A DNA stretch of 64,000 nt from Promethearchaeota archaeon (GTDB taxonomy: Archaea; Asgardarchaeota; Lokiarchaeia; Sigyniarchaeales; SOKP01): NCBI GenBank assembly GCA_048939995.1, contig JBHLOY010000002.1:256001-320000 (forward strand), given 5' to 3'. Both the position numbers and the translations under genes were made by a program. Each line of letters opens with the position of its first letter. Positions within the stretch are counted from its first letter, which is position 1. Below, piece after piece: positions 1-9,590 of the stretch. The notes beneath the pieces are model-generated. The model worked only from the letters and a program-made list of their open reading frames with translations, ran no database searches and was not told where the DNA came from.

Positions 1-415
1 CAATTAGGGTTATGATAAAAATATAGACACTTACTAAAGTGACTGCTAAAAGTAACCGTAAAGTTGTATAATCTTCGTATTTCTTAGCCAATACTCGGTC
101 TTTAAATAATCTCTGACATAGTTTTAATATTCCTCCTCGAAACAGGATATAAAATAATACTAAAAGAAATAAATGACCTACTACAATACCTATAATGATG
201 AGTGCGATTGCACCTGGACCCCAACTTACTATAATATCCCATCTTCCCGTTTCAATTAACCAACCAATAATCGTTAGCCAAATTCCAAGTATCGAAACCG
301 CAGCTCCTATTATAAGAGCATAGTAGATTGTCTTAGCTATGCGTAAGTCCCAAGTACTATATTCGTCTAAGGGATCTGGTTCTCTAGTTGGTGCTTTTCT
401 TGGTTTTCTTGGCAT
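1..415 (-). CDS. Integral membrane protein of unknown function (partial, runs off the window start)
   Basis: Manual translation from ATG at 415: MPRKPRKAPTREPDPLDEYSTWDLRIAKTIYYALIIGAAVSILGIWLTIIGWLIETG...; frame open to position 1; several hydrophobic helices. Not in the ORF track because it is truncated. Confidence 0.75.
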   Translation of the reverse strand, partial: MPRKPRKAPTREPDPLDEYSTWDLRIAKTIYYALIIGAAVSILGIWLTIIGWLIETGRWDIIVSWGPGAIALIIIGIVVGHLFLLVLFYILFRGGILKLCQRLFKDRVLAKKYEDYTTLRLLLAVTLVSVYIFIITLI

Positions 416-528
416 ATTTATCTCAACTCAAATTAATTTAAAATAATTAGATTAGAATCAAATTATATAATTTTATATTTTAGGTTATTTGAATATTTTT
501 CCTATTTATATATTATAGGTTTGATAAC

Positions 529-984
529 TTATTCTTTTTCATACGGTGCTTTTAATGTACTGTGGCAATAAGGACATTTGATATCATCAGGAGAAATATC
601 TTCACCACAATACGGACAAAAGGTTTTATCGAGAGGAACCTCTTCTTTACCCTCTTCTTGAATTTGAACTTTTCCCTCTTTTTTTCGTGGTTTTATTTCT
701 TTTCCCGCCTTCTTAAGGATTTTTTCTTTTGGTGTTGAAGGTATTGCTTCTTCCTCCTCTCCTACTTTCTCAACTGGTTCTTTTGAAAATTTTAATCGAG
801 ATAAACATATCGGGCAATAATTTTTAGGTCTATTTAGATAATAAATCGCAAAAATAAGTGCGGCTATTCCTAAGGTACCCACAATTAAAATGATCCAAAT
901 TATTTTTTGAAAGGTTTCTAGTGGTTTTCTTGTAGGATTAGTTACTTCCTTTTTACAAACAGAGCAGTATGCATATTGTGTCAT
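529..984 (-). CDS. Membrane protein with CxxC-hydrophobic-CxxC (LITAF-like) N-terminal module and C-terminal zinc ribbon
   Basis: ATG at 984 (MTQYAYCSVC) preferred over TTG at 1008; CSVC...hydrophobic stretch...YCPIC; charged linker; C-terminal CPYC..CPYC. Confidence 0.75.
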   Translation of the reverse strand: MTQYAYCSVCKKEVTNPTRKPLETFQKIIWIILIVGTLGIAALIFAIYYLNRPKNYCPICLSRLKFSKEPVEKVGEEEEAIPSTPKEKILKKAGKEIKPRKKEGKVQIQEEGKEEVPLDKTFCPYCGEDISPDDIKCPYCHSTLKAPYEKE

Positions 985-1106
985 AATAGATCCACAAATT
1001 AGTTTCAATTTAACTTAAATAATAGAATATTTTAATTAAAAAAGCCTTTTAAACCTATAATATGGTTTTTAAATTAAATAATTTACACTTTTGAATTGGA
1101 AGCAAT

Positions 1107-2420
1107 TTGGAAAATAATACATTTTATATTGAAACTTATGGTTGTACTTCAAATAAAGCCGACTCATATATAATTTCAAATGTGTTAAAAGAATCAAATT
1201 TCAAACAAGCATCTTTAGATGAAGCTAGGTTCATTATTGTTAATACTTGTGGTGTAAAACAACAGACAGAAAATAAGATAAAGAATCGCTTAAAATTTTT
1301 ATATAATAACTTTAAACTAGGTAGTGATAAATATTTAATAATTACTGGATGCCTTCCTTTTATAGCCGAGTCCTATCTAAAAGTAATCGGAAATATTGTG
1401 CCAAATTTCTCTGCTATCCTTGATTTAGATAGTATTCATGAAATTCCCAAAATTTTAAATCAAATTAATAAGGGCGGTAAAAATTTAATTATTAAATCAC
1501 AACAATCGATTGAAAAAGTGAAATACTTTTTCAATTATCCCGTTGGTAAAATAACTGGTATCGTTCCTATTTCTGAAGGTTGCTTAGGCGCTTGTACTTA
1601 TTGTTGCGTTAAAAATGCTAGAGGAAAGCTTAATTGTTATAACCCTAAAACGATTATTGATAATCTCGAGCATCAATTAAAGCAGGGAATAAAACAGATC
1701 TATTTAACATCGCAGGATTGCAGTACCTATCAATACAATAGTACTCAATTAGTTGATTTAGTTAAAAATATTATAGAATTGGACTTTAAATTTTTTTTAA
1801 GAATTGGTATGCTGAATCCACAATTTCTTAATGAAAATGTGAACCAACTATTTTCAATCTATGCTTTTGACAAAGTCTATCACTTTTTACACATCCCTAT
1901 TCAATCTGGGAGTGATAGTGTACTTAAAGGAATGAAAAGGCCCTATAAAATCGCAGGAATAACTGAAAAAATAAATTTATTACGAAATCATTTCCCATCA
2001 CTTACAATCTCTACAGATATCATCTGTGGTTTTCCGGGGGAGACAGAAGACGATTTTAAAAAAGCAATTGATTTAATAAAATGGTTAAAGCCGGAAATAT
2101 TAAATATTTCTAAATTTACTCCCCGTCCAGGGACTAAAGCAAAAACTATGAAGCAAGTCAATAGTAGGGTAATTAAGGAGCGCTCCATGAAATTGTCTAA
2201 AATATTTCGAGAAAGTTTGATTGATATCAATAAAGAGTGGATAGATTGGGAGGGTGAAGTGTTAATCCTTCATAAAGGTGATACAAAAAATCAGGCATTT
2301 GGTCGGAATTTTGCGTATAAAAATGTTTTTGTTAATGATTTTAAAGGTAATTTTGGGAATTTCTATGACGTTAGAGTTTATAAAGTTAAGGGATTTAACT
2401 TATACGCTAATTTAGTATAA
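1107..2420 (+). CDS. mtaB: tRNA methylthiotransferase, archaeal MtaB/CDKAL1-type (ms2t6A)
   Basis: UPF0004 cysteines (TYGCTSN, NTCGVK, TGCL), radical SAM motif CLGACTYC, HIPIQSGSD, TDIICGFPGET, C-terminal TRAM-like domain; TTG start. Confidence 0.88.
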   Translation: MENNTFYIETYGCTSNKADSYIISNVLKESNFKQASLDEARFIIVNTCGVKQQTENKIKNRLKFLYNNFKLGSDKYLIITGCLPFIAESYLKVIGNIVPNFSAILDLDSIHEIPKILNQINKGGKNLIIKSQQSIEKVKYFFNYPVGKITGIVPISEGCLGACTYCCVKNARGKLNCYNPKTIIDNLEHQLKQGIKQIYLTSQDCSTYQYNSTQLVDLVKNIIELDFKFFLRIGMLNPQFLNENVNQLFSIYAFDKVYHFLHIPIQSGSDSVLKGMKRPYKIAGITEKINLLRNHFPSLTISTDIICGFPGETEDDFKKAIDLIKWLKPEILNISKFTPRPGTKAKTMKQVNSRVIKERSMKLSKIFRESLIDINKEWIDWEGEVLILHKGDTKNQAFGRNFAYKNVFVNDFKGNFGNFYDVRVYKVKGFNLYANLV

Positions 2421-2936
2421 TTTGAGACCCTAACGGAAATTATCTCGATTTTTATAGTTTTAATGTAAACTTTAGTAGCTTTAAAATATTAGTTTTAAAC
2501 AATTTCTTATTTGAATAAATGATTTTTAAAAAAAATAAATATGTATAAAAATTAACTACCCAAAAAAGAAAAAAATAAATATGATATATGGAAATTGATC
2601 CTTAAATATTAAAGGTTTCAAATCTGATGTGCATGAGTAATGAGTATCCCTATATTTAAAGCAAGAATTTTTAGAATTAAAGTAAAAGCATCAAAAAAGA
2701 GGATATTATTCCCTATAGCAATTATGCTAATTTTTGCGTTAGTCATTATTAGAATTCTATTAATTATCATAATCAATGTTTGTTATAAAGTTCAAAAATC
2801 TTTATCAAAATTATTTTATGAATAAGATCCCACTATTCGAATTCGATTCGAAAAATATCCTTAAATAATGATTTAAGTGAAATTAGATTTCATAAAAAAG
2901 CATTTACCCTTAGGATAAATTTAAAAAATAGATTAC

Positions 2937-3827
2937 TTATTTTAAACCATATTTTTCAAGGAAGCTGGTTAATCTACTTCTATGAAACTTTAATCCCAGC
3001 TCATCGGCAGGAAATCCAAATGCTAATGCCATTAATTCTGTGAGGTATAAAATCGGTATATCGAAACTTTTATTCGCTTGTGTTCCAGCTTTTTTCTGAT
3101 TTGTATCCATCTGTTGAAAACAAGCAGGGCACACAACAACAAAAGCCTCAGCACCAGCATTAATCGCACTAGAAAATTTATTTGCTAATATTGTCATTGA
3201 AGGTTCTTCTTCTGTATTCCCAACTCCTGATCCACAGCAGAGCATTTCTTCTTGATAATCGACTGGTATTGCTCCTGTCGCTGCTACAAGTTCTCTTAAT
3301 TTTACCGGTTCCATTGGGTCGTCTGTTTGCATAATCTCAGAAGGACGATTATAGTGACATCCAGTATGGCATGCAACTTTTAAAGCTGAAAAGTCAACTT
3401 TTATATTTTCTTTTATTTTTTCTGCCCCAAGCTCATGTAACACTTCTACGAAATGTTTAATCTTAATAGAACCAACGAATTCACGATTGATTGACTTCAA
3501 AATTTCATTTATTTTACTCTTTTCATGAGAATCATGTTTTAATTCATGATTTACCGCTTTTAGAGTCTGAAAACATCCATTGCATAAAGAGACGATGTCC
3601 TTATTTTCTTCTTCCGCAATTGTAAGGTTTCTTGCTCCCATTGCCAACCAACTTGTATGATCTACTGCGTGAAACCCAACTGGATCAGGACAACAGGCAA
3701 ATGGAGCATCAGATGCCTTAATTCCAAGAGTATCAAAAACTTTTCGGGCAGAAGCTTCTATAAAGGGGATACGATTACCTATAGTACAGCCTTGGAAAAT
3801 TTTATATTCTCCTTCTGCTTTAGCCAT
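2937..3827 (-). CDS. hdrB: Heterodisulfide reductase subunit B (stand-alone copy)
   Basis: Two CCG domains: FQGC, ACCPDP, LCNGCF, HTGCHY, MLCCGSG, VCPACFQQMD. Confidence 0.9.
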   Translation of the reverse strand: MAKAEGEYKIFQGCTIGNRIPFIEASARKVFDTLGIKASDAPFACCPDPVGFHAVDHTSWLAMGARNLTIAEEENKDIVSLCNGCFQTLKAVNHELKHDSHEKSKINEILKSINREFVGSIKIKHFVEVLHELGAEKIKENIKVDFSALKVACHTGCHYNRPSEIMQTDDPMEPVKLRELVAATGAIPVDYQEEMLCCGSGVGNTEEEPSMTILANKFSSAINAGAEAFVVVCPACFQQMDTNQKKAGTQANKSFDIPILYLTELMALAFGFPADELGLKFHRSRLTSFLEKYGLK

Positions 3828-3970
3828 AATAATATTCTCTTTTATTCTTTATTATAATATATATGGTTTAATAATAAATCAATTAAAAGATTTGCTAAAT
3901 TGAGTAATAAGGTATTTCTGTCATTTTAATAAAGTAAAAAGTAAATAAAAAATATTAAAAATAATAAGAA

Positions 3971-4597
3971 TTAATCAAAGATTTTTCCACAATTGCTACA
4001 AAAATTCGCAAATACGGGTAATTCTGTTCCACATTCAGGGCAATGCTTTTTTTCTAACGGTTGTGATTCTTCAAATACAACTTCTTGTTCAGGTTCTATT
4101 GCTCCTACTTCTTCTTCTTTTTTCTCTCTTATATCCTTTTTAGTTCTCACTTTTCTGACAGATAAACGTCCTATAATTGCAATTACTACTCCTACAAAAG
4201 ATAAACCAGTCCCGTAGTTAAATTGACTATATAGAGTATTTAAGTAACCTAAGATTGTTGGATCGGTTATTATTCCGGTAGCATTTACTATATGTGTAAT
4301 AATCCAGACTATTAAAGCTAGGGTTCCAAAAGCCAATCCGATCCATATTATAAATTTGCCAAATCTTACCGCGCCTAAAATAACGAATATTGCACCCACA
4401 ATGACTGCAAATCCTCCTAAATCTGCAATCCATCTAAAAATGTTAAAAATATAGCTGAATAATACTTGATAATCTGGCCATTGGTCTTTAGCTAACTCAT
4501 AGAGAAATTCAAAGACTCCTATGCTACCAACTGTTGAACTATAAATCATTATAGCCCCACCGATTACTAATAAAATAAATCCTACTTTATGTTTCAT
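3971..4597 (-). CDS. Membrane protein (about 4 TM) with C-terminal zinc ribbon
   Basis: Four hydrophobic segments, charged linker, CPECG...CSNCG. Confidence 0.8.
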   Translation of the reverse strand: MKHKVGFILLVIGGAIMIYSSTVGSIGVFEFLYELAKDQWPDYQVLFSYIFNIFRWIADLGGFAVIVGAIFVILGAVRFGKFIIWIGLAFGTLALIVWIITHIVNATGIITDPTILGYLNTLYSQFNYGTGLSFVGVVIAIIGRLSVRKVRTKKDIREKKEEEVGAIEPEQEVVFEESQPLEKKHCPECGTELPVFANFCSNCGKIFD

Positions 4598-4735
4598 TTG
4601 ATTTATTCCTCACAAAAGATTATATTATTAAAGTGATCTAAAAAAATTATTACCTTTATTTGTTTATAATTTTTTTTGAAAGTTTCATATAACCTTGATT
4701 CATTAAAAATAATAAAAATTATTAATAGGATTAAA

Positions 4736-5548
4736 CTAAATGATTTCAACTCTTTCTGGATGAGAATAAATATTCATTCTCCCTCCTCTTACAAATCCAA
4801 TCAATGTAATTCCGTAAGCGAATGCTAATCTAATTCCTGATTCTATTGCTGCTGATAGAGAAGCCACTATAGGAATCCTCGCCCTTATAGCCTTTAGTAC
4901 AGAATCGCCTGTCAATCTTCCCGTAGTTGTAAGGAATATGTTCTCAAATCCATGGTTTTTTATAACCATCTCTCCTATAACCTTATCAATTGCATTATGG
5001 CGCCCTATATCCTCTTTCACACTAAGAATATTTCCTTGGTAATCAAACAGAGCGGCTCCGTGGCAGCCTCCAGTCTCTCTAAATAACTCAGTTTTAGTTT
5101 GCATCTTAATTATGGAATTAAAAATTACTTCAGAAGAAAGCTTCTTAGTTTTACTTGAAGTAATTGCTTCTTTTGACTTTTCAAGAGTTTCTTTTATATA
5201 TTTTCTCCATGGAGATGGAATCCCACATGTTGTATCAATAACCCTGCTTACAGGGTCCATCTCAAATTTGTCTAAATCAAAATTTATTGAATCAATTAGA
5301 TCAATATTAATATTCCCTTCTAATTCATTTACTTCTAAGGTTTTTACATCATTATAATTGTTAATTATCCCTATTGAGAAAGCAAAACCAATAGCTAATT
5401 CCTCTAAACTTTCAGGTAAACAGACAACATTAACTAATGGATTTGAATTTATATAGATATCAATTGGTGTCTCAATTAAAACAGTGTCGTTCTCATCAAT
5501 TTTCTCTTTTTTATTGATTCTTGTGATATTTACTTTCCTTTTATACAA
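4736..5548 (-). CDS. fdhD: Formate dehydrogenase accessory sulfurtransferase FdhD
   Basis: TTCG, F.ETGGCHGAAL, EDIGRHNAIDKVIG, TTGR, TLIGFVRG.RMNIYSHPER; lies downstream of the fwd cluster. Confidence 0.93.
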   Translation of the reverse strand: MYKRKVNITRINKKEKIDENDTVLIETPIDIYINSNPLVNVVCLPESLEELAIGFAFSIGIINNYNDVKTLEVNELEGNINIDLIDSINFDLDKFEMDPVSRVIDTTCGIPSPWRKYIKETLEKSKEAITSSKTKKLSSEVIFNSIIKMQTKTELFRETGGCHGAALFDYQGNILSVKEDIGRHNAIDKVIGEMVIKNHGFENIFLTTTGRLTGDSVLKAIRARIPIVASLSAAIESGIRLAFAYGITLIGFVRGGRMNIYSHPERVEII

Positions 5549-5663
5549 TGTAATTACCTAAAGGGATATTCCAGAAATGAAAATTTTATTTATTAAATAA
5601 TGAAGTTGTCTTAAAATTAATAATCTTTATAAAAAAAGAATAGACTCAAAATAATAATAAATA

Positions 5664-6515
5664 TTAGGCTGCTACATAGAGTCTCCCATTTGTGCCTAAT
5701 TTTACCTTTCCGGTATTTTTATCTTTTACCGAATGATTTTTCTTGACTGAATGGTCTCCACTATATTCAATGAATTTACCTTTGAGTTTTTCGCCATTTG
5801 GTAACTCAATTTCGTTAATTTCACCTAATTTCTTGAATGAAGGCAAAATCTTTGAGATTTTACCCTTGACAACGATACTTCCTTGAATTTGATCCGCTCC
5901 AGCACAGCGATCCACATTCCCGTTAACAATAATAGTGGCACCATGATTATGAATACCTAAAAAAGAACCTGCTGCACCACATATAAGTGTTGGAAATCTT
6001 TTAGCAGCGATTGATGATCTTGCCCATGATAAAGCTTCATTTCCAATTTTTCCTTTTACTTTAATCGTACCATTTTTCATTCCCTGCCAAAAACCTCGGT
6101 ATGCAGCTCCAACATAATGGCCAGCATTACCATTTATTTCTAATTCTCCTCCTCGAAGCATAGCACCCGCCCAATCATCTGTATCACCATTAACAATTAT
6201 TTTCCCTCCTTCCATTTGGTTACCAACATGCATTCCAACATTTCCATTAATTATAATTTCTCCATCAGTCATTTTCTCTCCAATACGTTTGACATTGGAT
6301 AAATCACCTTCGATAATGATTTTTGTATCTTTAATGTCAGATGATTTTCCAGTGACATCGAAAAAATCTCCTAATTTAACAATCTCCTTTCCAAGGAATA
6401 ATTCTAATTTTTTTATTTCTGCAACTGTCTTTCCTACAAAGTTGTCTGGTGTTATTGCATCTGCTTCTAATGGAATTGTTGGTTGCTTTTTTAACTTGAG
6501 TTTGATTTCTGCCAT
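5664..6515 (-). CDS. fwdC: Formylmethanofuran dehydrogenase subunit C
   Basis: PLEADAITPD, VKRIGEKM, GXGXG beta-helix repeats, YVGAAYRG.WQGM. Confidence 0.93.
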   Translation of the reverse strand: MAEIKLKLKKQPTIPLEADAITPDNFVGKTVAEIKKLELFLGKEIVKLGDFFDVTGKSSDIKDTKIIIEGDLSNVKRIGEKMTDGEIIINGNVGMHVGNQMEGGKIIVNGDTDDWAGAMLRGGELEINGNAGHYVGAAYRGFWQGMKNGTIKVKGKIGNEALSWARSSIAAKRFPTLICGAAGSFLGIHNHGATIIVNGNVDRCAGADQIQGSIVVKGKISKILPSFKKLGEINEIELPNGEKLKGKFIEYSGDHSVKKNHSVKDKNTGKVKLGTNGRLYVAA

Positions 6516-6518
6516 GAT

Positions 6519-7847
6519 TCACTCACCAATCTTTGTTTTTACCTTCTCGATTAACTGTTCTAATATTTGTTTATCCGAATGGGTTTCACCTGGAGCATCT
6601 TTTACTTTCCTTAATCTCAATGGAACTTTATCCATCCTATATGCTGTACCTTCACATTCTATTCCAGCAATTGCTGCTGGTAATATTACATCTGCAAATG
6701 CTGAAGTAGGGGTCTCATGGGGTTCAATAGCAATTAAAGGATGCTTAAACATGTTCTTTACTGCGGTAGCTGGAAAATTACTTGCCGGATCTGATGCGAC
6801 TATTAAACAAGCATCGACTTCATCTCTTATAAGTAAATCAACTGAAGAAAATTCTCCTGGATTATAGCGAGGATATCCCCTTGAAAAATCAATTGAATAT
6901 GCATAACCGGTATTCCATGTAAATACTTGATTAGCTCCAGTAACATTATAGTGTCCTCGCATAGGTTCTAGTAAAAATTTAGTATGATCATTTAATTCTC
7001 TTGTTAAGCAAATTGCAGCATCAATATTTCGATGATGCCCTAATGTTTGAGTTAAACCCATCCCGAAAAATATTACTCCAAACTTGCATGATTTTACTAT
7101 TTCAACCAACTCTTTTATTTTATCTATAGGAACACCGGATACTTCCTCTGCATCTAATTCAACACCCCTAAGTATAGCTCTTATGGCATTAACTAATTCA
7201 TAATCTTCGTTAGGATTAACTTGAATGTACAAATCTGCGATTTGAGCCGTATGAGTATTCCTCGGATCAACAACAACAATAAATCTGTCATTTCTTCCAT
7301 CTTTCCTGAAATATCCTCTTACAAACTCACTATATCTCCCTAAATGTCGTGGATGAGCGTGAACAGGGTTACAACCCCAAAAGATAACTAAATCAGCTCT
7401 ATTTTTATATTCTCCTAACGTTGATAAAGGTGCTCCGACATCTTGAATTGCTAGTAATGAAGGACCGTGACAAACTGAAGCGGTATTATCTAGTATCGCA
7501 CCCAAAATTTCAGCTAATTCTACTCCTTTACTTTGCGCTTCACACTCAGTAGATGAAAATCCATAAAGTAATGGTCTTTTTGCTTTAATTAATATATCTG
7601 CTGCTTTATCCAAAGCTTCATCCCAAGAAACTTCCTTATACTCTCCATTAGATTTAATTTTAGGTTTTAAAAACCTATGCCCACCTGGATTTGAAGCGAA
7701 ATATTTCTTTGTTCCGATTTGACATCCATTTCTTACTTCAATAACAGAATCCGTCTTAATATCAATATCTACTTCAAGGTCATCACAAAGAGTTCCACAG
7801 AAAGGACACACCACATCATAAACAGTTTTAATTTTCTTTTCTACCAT
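6519..7847 (-). CDS. fwdB: Formylmethanofuran dehydrogenase subunit B (Mo/W-pterin catalytic subunit, Cys form)
   Basis: CPFCGTLCDD, DNTASVCHGPS, WGCNPVHAHPRH, PMRGHYNVTG, EGTAYRMDKVP. Confidence 0.95.
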   Translation of the reverse strand: MVEKKIKTVYDVVCPFCGTLCDDLEVDIDIKTDSVIEVRNGCQIGTKKYFASNPGGHRFLKPKIKSNGEYKEVSWDEALDKAADILIKAKRPLLYGFSSTECEAQSKGVELAEILGAILDNTASVCHGPSLLAIQDVGAPLSTLGEYKNRADLVIFWGCNPVHAHPRHLGRYSEFVRGYFRKDGRNDRFIVVVDPRNTHTAQIADLYIQVNPNEDYELVNAIRAILRGVELDAEEVSGVPIDKIKELVEIVKSCKFGVIFFGMGLTQTLGHHRNIDAAICLTRELNDHTKFLLEPMRGHYNVTGANQVFTWNTGYAYSIDFSRGYPRYNPGEFSSVDLLIRDEVDACLIVASDPASNFPATAVKNMFKHPLIAIEPHETPTSAFADVILPAAIAGIECEGTAYRMDKVPLRLRKVKDAPGETHSDKQILEQLIEKVKTKIGE

Positions 7848-7850
7848 TGT

Positions 7851-8246
7851 TTATCCCTCCCTTAATTTCCTTATAAGCTCTAATGCATCTAGTACTCTAC
7901 CGTTTTTCATAACTTCCACTTTAGCTTTCATTCCCTTAAATGTAGGAGTTCCACATGCTTGAGAATTCGGATTTACTACCTGATTCGACCAAGGACCCAT
8001 TGGGATGAAAATAACTCCCGGGTGTGGACCTTCTTCTGTAATAGTCGAATAAACAACCACTTCGCCGTAATCTGTGATGACTTTGACGGGAGTACCTACT
8101 AAACAATCTAGTTTCTTAAAATCTTCTCTATCAAAGGTGCAAATCGCAGCAGCGCGAACATTTTCCATAGTAGTTTTACCTCCTTCAAGAGCAACTCCTT
8201 GGTTAATAGTACGACCCGTGAGTAAGATTAAATTATTTAAGCTCAT
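7851..8246 (-). CDS. fwdD: Formylmethanofuran dehydrogenase subunit D
   Basis: LLTGRTINQG, GVIFIPMGPWSN, GTPTFKG; adjacent to fwdB. Confidence 0.92.
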   Translation of the reverse strand: MSLNNLILLTGRTINQGVALEGGKTTMENVRAAAICTFDREDFKKLDCLVGTPVKVITDYGEVVVYSTITEEGPHPGVIFIPMGPWSNQVVNPNSQACGTPTFKGMKAKVEVMKNGRVLDALELIRKLREG

Positions 8247-8252
8247 CTTCTC

Positions 8253-8969
8253 TTATTCCTCCTCTTGTGGCCATCGTAACTTCTTTAATCGCTCTACTAA
8301 CGGAGGCCAGAATAATTCGCTAAATTCTCCTGAACTTTTTACTTCAGAAATTTCTAACTTTATAGCGCCTGTCGGACACGCATTATCACAAGCTCCGCAA
8401 AATACGCATTTTTCTTCATCTACGACTACATTTGGAGCAGTTTCCCATCCTTTTTCTGGCTTGGGAGGAATAGTTATAGCGCCTGAAGGACATACATCAG
8501 CACATGTTTGACATCCACCTGCACATTCTTCATCTACCACACTTATTTTTCCAGTATTATATTGCTTTACTATTCGCTCCTTTCCTTCGTTATTCTTTAT
8601 CTTTTTGGTTTCAAATTCAAGTTTGGGTACCACTTTTTCTTTAACAATAGTTATATCTTCTAAATTTATAATTTCTCCATCTTTTTTAAGAGTAAGTGAA
8701 CTAAAGGGACATATATAGACACATGTTCCACAAAAAACACAAAGTTTAGGATCATAAAGCTCTGGAATAATATCCTCTTGCTTTGGGAATCTACGTGAAG
8801 TTCCCACCGGTCCCCTTGAAATAGCGTCCTTTGGGCAAACACGAGCGCATGTTCCACACCCAACACATTTTTCTCTGTTAAGTATTAATTCTAAACTCTC
8901 TAAAAGGAATTTGACTTCAACTTTTTCTTCTTCCTTATTAATGGTTCTTGAAATTTTTGGGAATGACAT
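8253..8969 (-). CDS. Polyferredoxin, FwdF-like (four 4Fe-4S motifs)
   Basis: CVGCGTC..CP, CVFCGTC..CP, CAGGCQTC..CP, CVFCGAC..CP; inside the fwd cluster. Confidence 0.8.
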   Translation of the reverse strand: MSFPKISRTINKEEEKVEVKFLLESLELILNREKCVGCGTCARVCPKDAISRGPVGTSRRFPKQEDIIPELYDPKLCVFCGTCVYICPFSSLTLKKDGEIINLEDITIVKEKVVPKLEFETKKIKNNEGKERIVKQYNTGKISVVDEECAGGCQTCADVCPSGAITIPPKPEKGWETAPNVVVDEEKCVFCGACDNACPTGAIKLEISEVKSSGEFSELFWPPLVERLKKLRWPQEEE

Positions 8970-8972
8970 TTA

Positions 8973-9230
8973 TCAAACCTCCTCCATACACTCAATTCTA
9001 ATTGCCACCTGTGGACACATTTTAACACAAACACCGCATCCATCGCAATTTATTTTACGTTCTTCTTTATAAATAGGAAAAGCAATTCCATTTTTTACTA
9101 AAATTACCGCATTATCTTCATTTAAATAACTATGAAGTCTTAATTGATTAAAATTTATTGGACAACTTACAACACATGCATTACAGCCAGTACATGTGTT
9201 TTTATTAATTTTTAATTGATAGACTTGCAT
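8973..9230 (-). CDS. fwdG: Formylmethanofuran dehydrogenase subunit G-like ferredoxin
   Basis: CTGCNACVVSCPIN and CDGCGVCVKMCP; first gene of the fwd cluster. Confidence 0.8.
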   Translation of the reverse strand: MQVYQLKINKNTCTGCNACVVSCPINFNQLRLHSYLNEDNAVILVKNGIAFPIYKEERKINCDGCGVCVKMCPQVAIRIECMEEV

Positions 9231-9590
9231 GATTTAAGAAGTAAATTATAATATCCTATGAAAAATATCTATTCAACTTAATTTTTAGAAAGTAGTGTAT
9301 TTTAAAAAATTTAGTATATCAATTATTAAGTGCATAGGTTTTAAAAGGACATTTGAAAGAATTTATGATTTATGAATTTAAAGATAGAAAATAAATTGTA
9401 TTAACTTAAAAGTGGCTATATTTTTTGAAAAAACAAGTTATGATTAAAATTTAGATATGTGAAATTATGCAAAATTTTCAAAAACATTCTTAATAATTTA
9501 AAGAGAATTCTGAATCGTTCAATAAGTGGACCTTAAACTTTATTAAGACAACTTTGATTAATTATTATTGAAAAAAGAATCCTATAAGTT

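Noticed and set aside
2640-2825. 61-aa plus-strand ORF between mtaB and hdrB
   Set aside because: No recognisable motif in very AT-rich DNA; it could be real, but I cannot support it.
2835-2852. Short TTCGA(A) triple repeat/palindrome
   Set aside because: Too short, single occurrence, no tRNA cloverleaf around it.
6289-6867. 192-aa plus-strand ORF and the many other short antisense ORFs in the track
   Set aside because: Shadow frames of well-supported genes on the opposite strand; their recurrence in the SBP array (MIGV.PS...) just mirrors paralogy.
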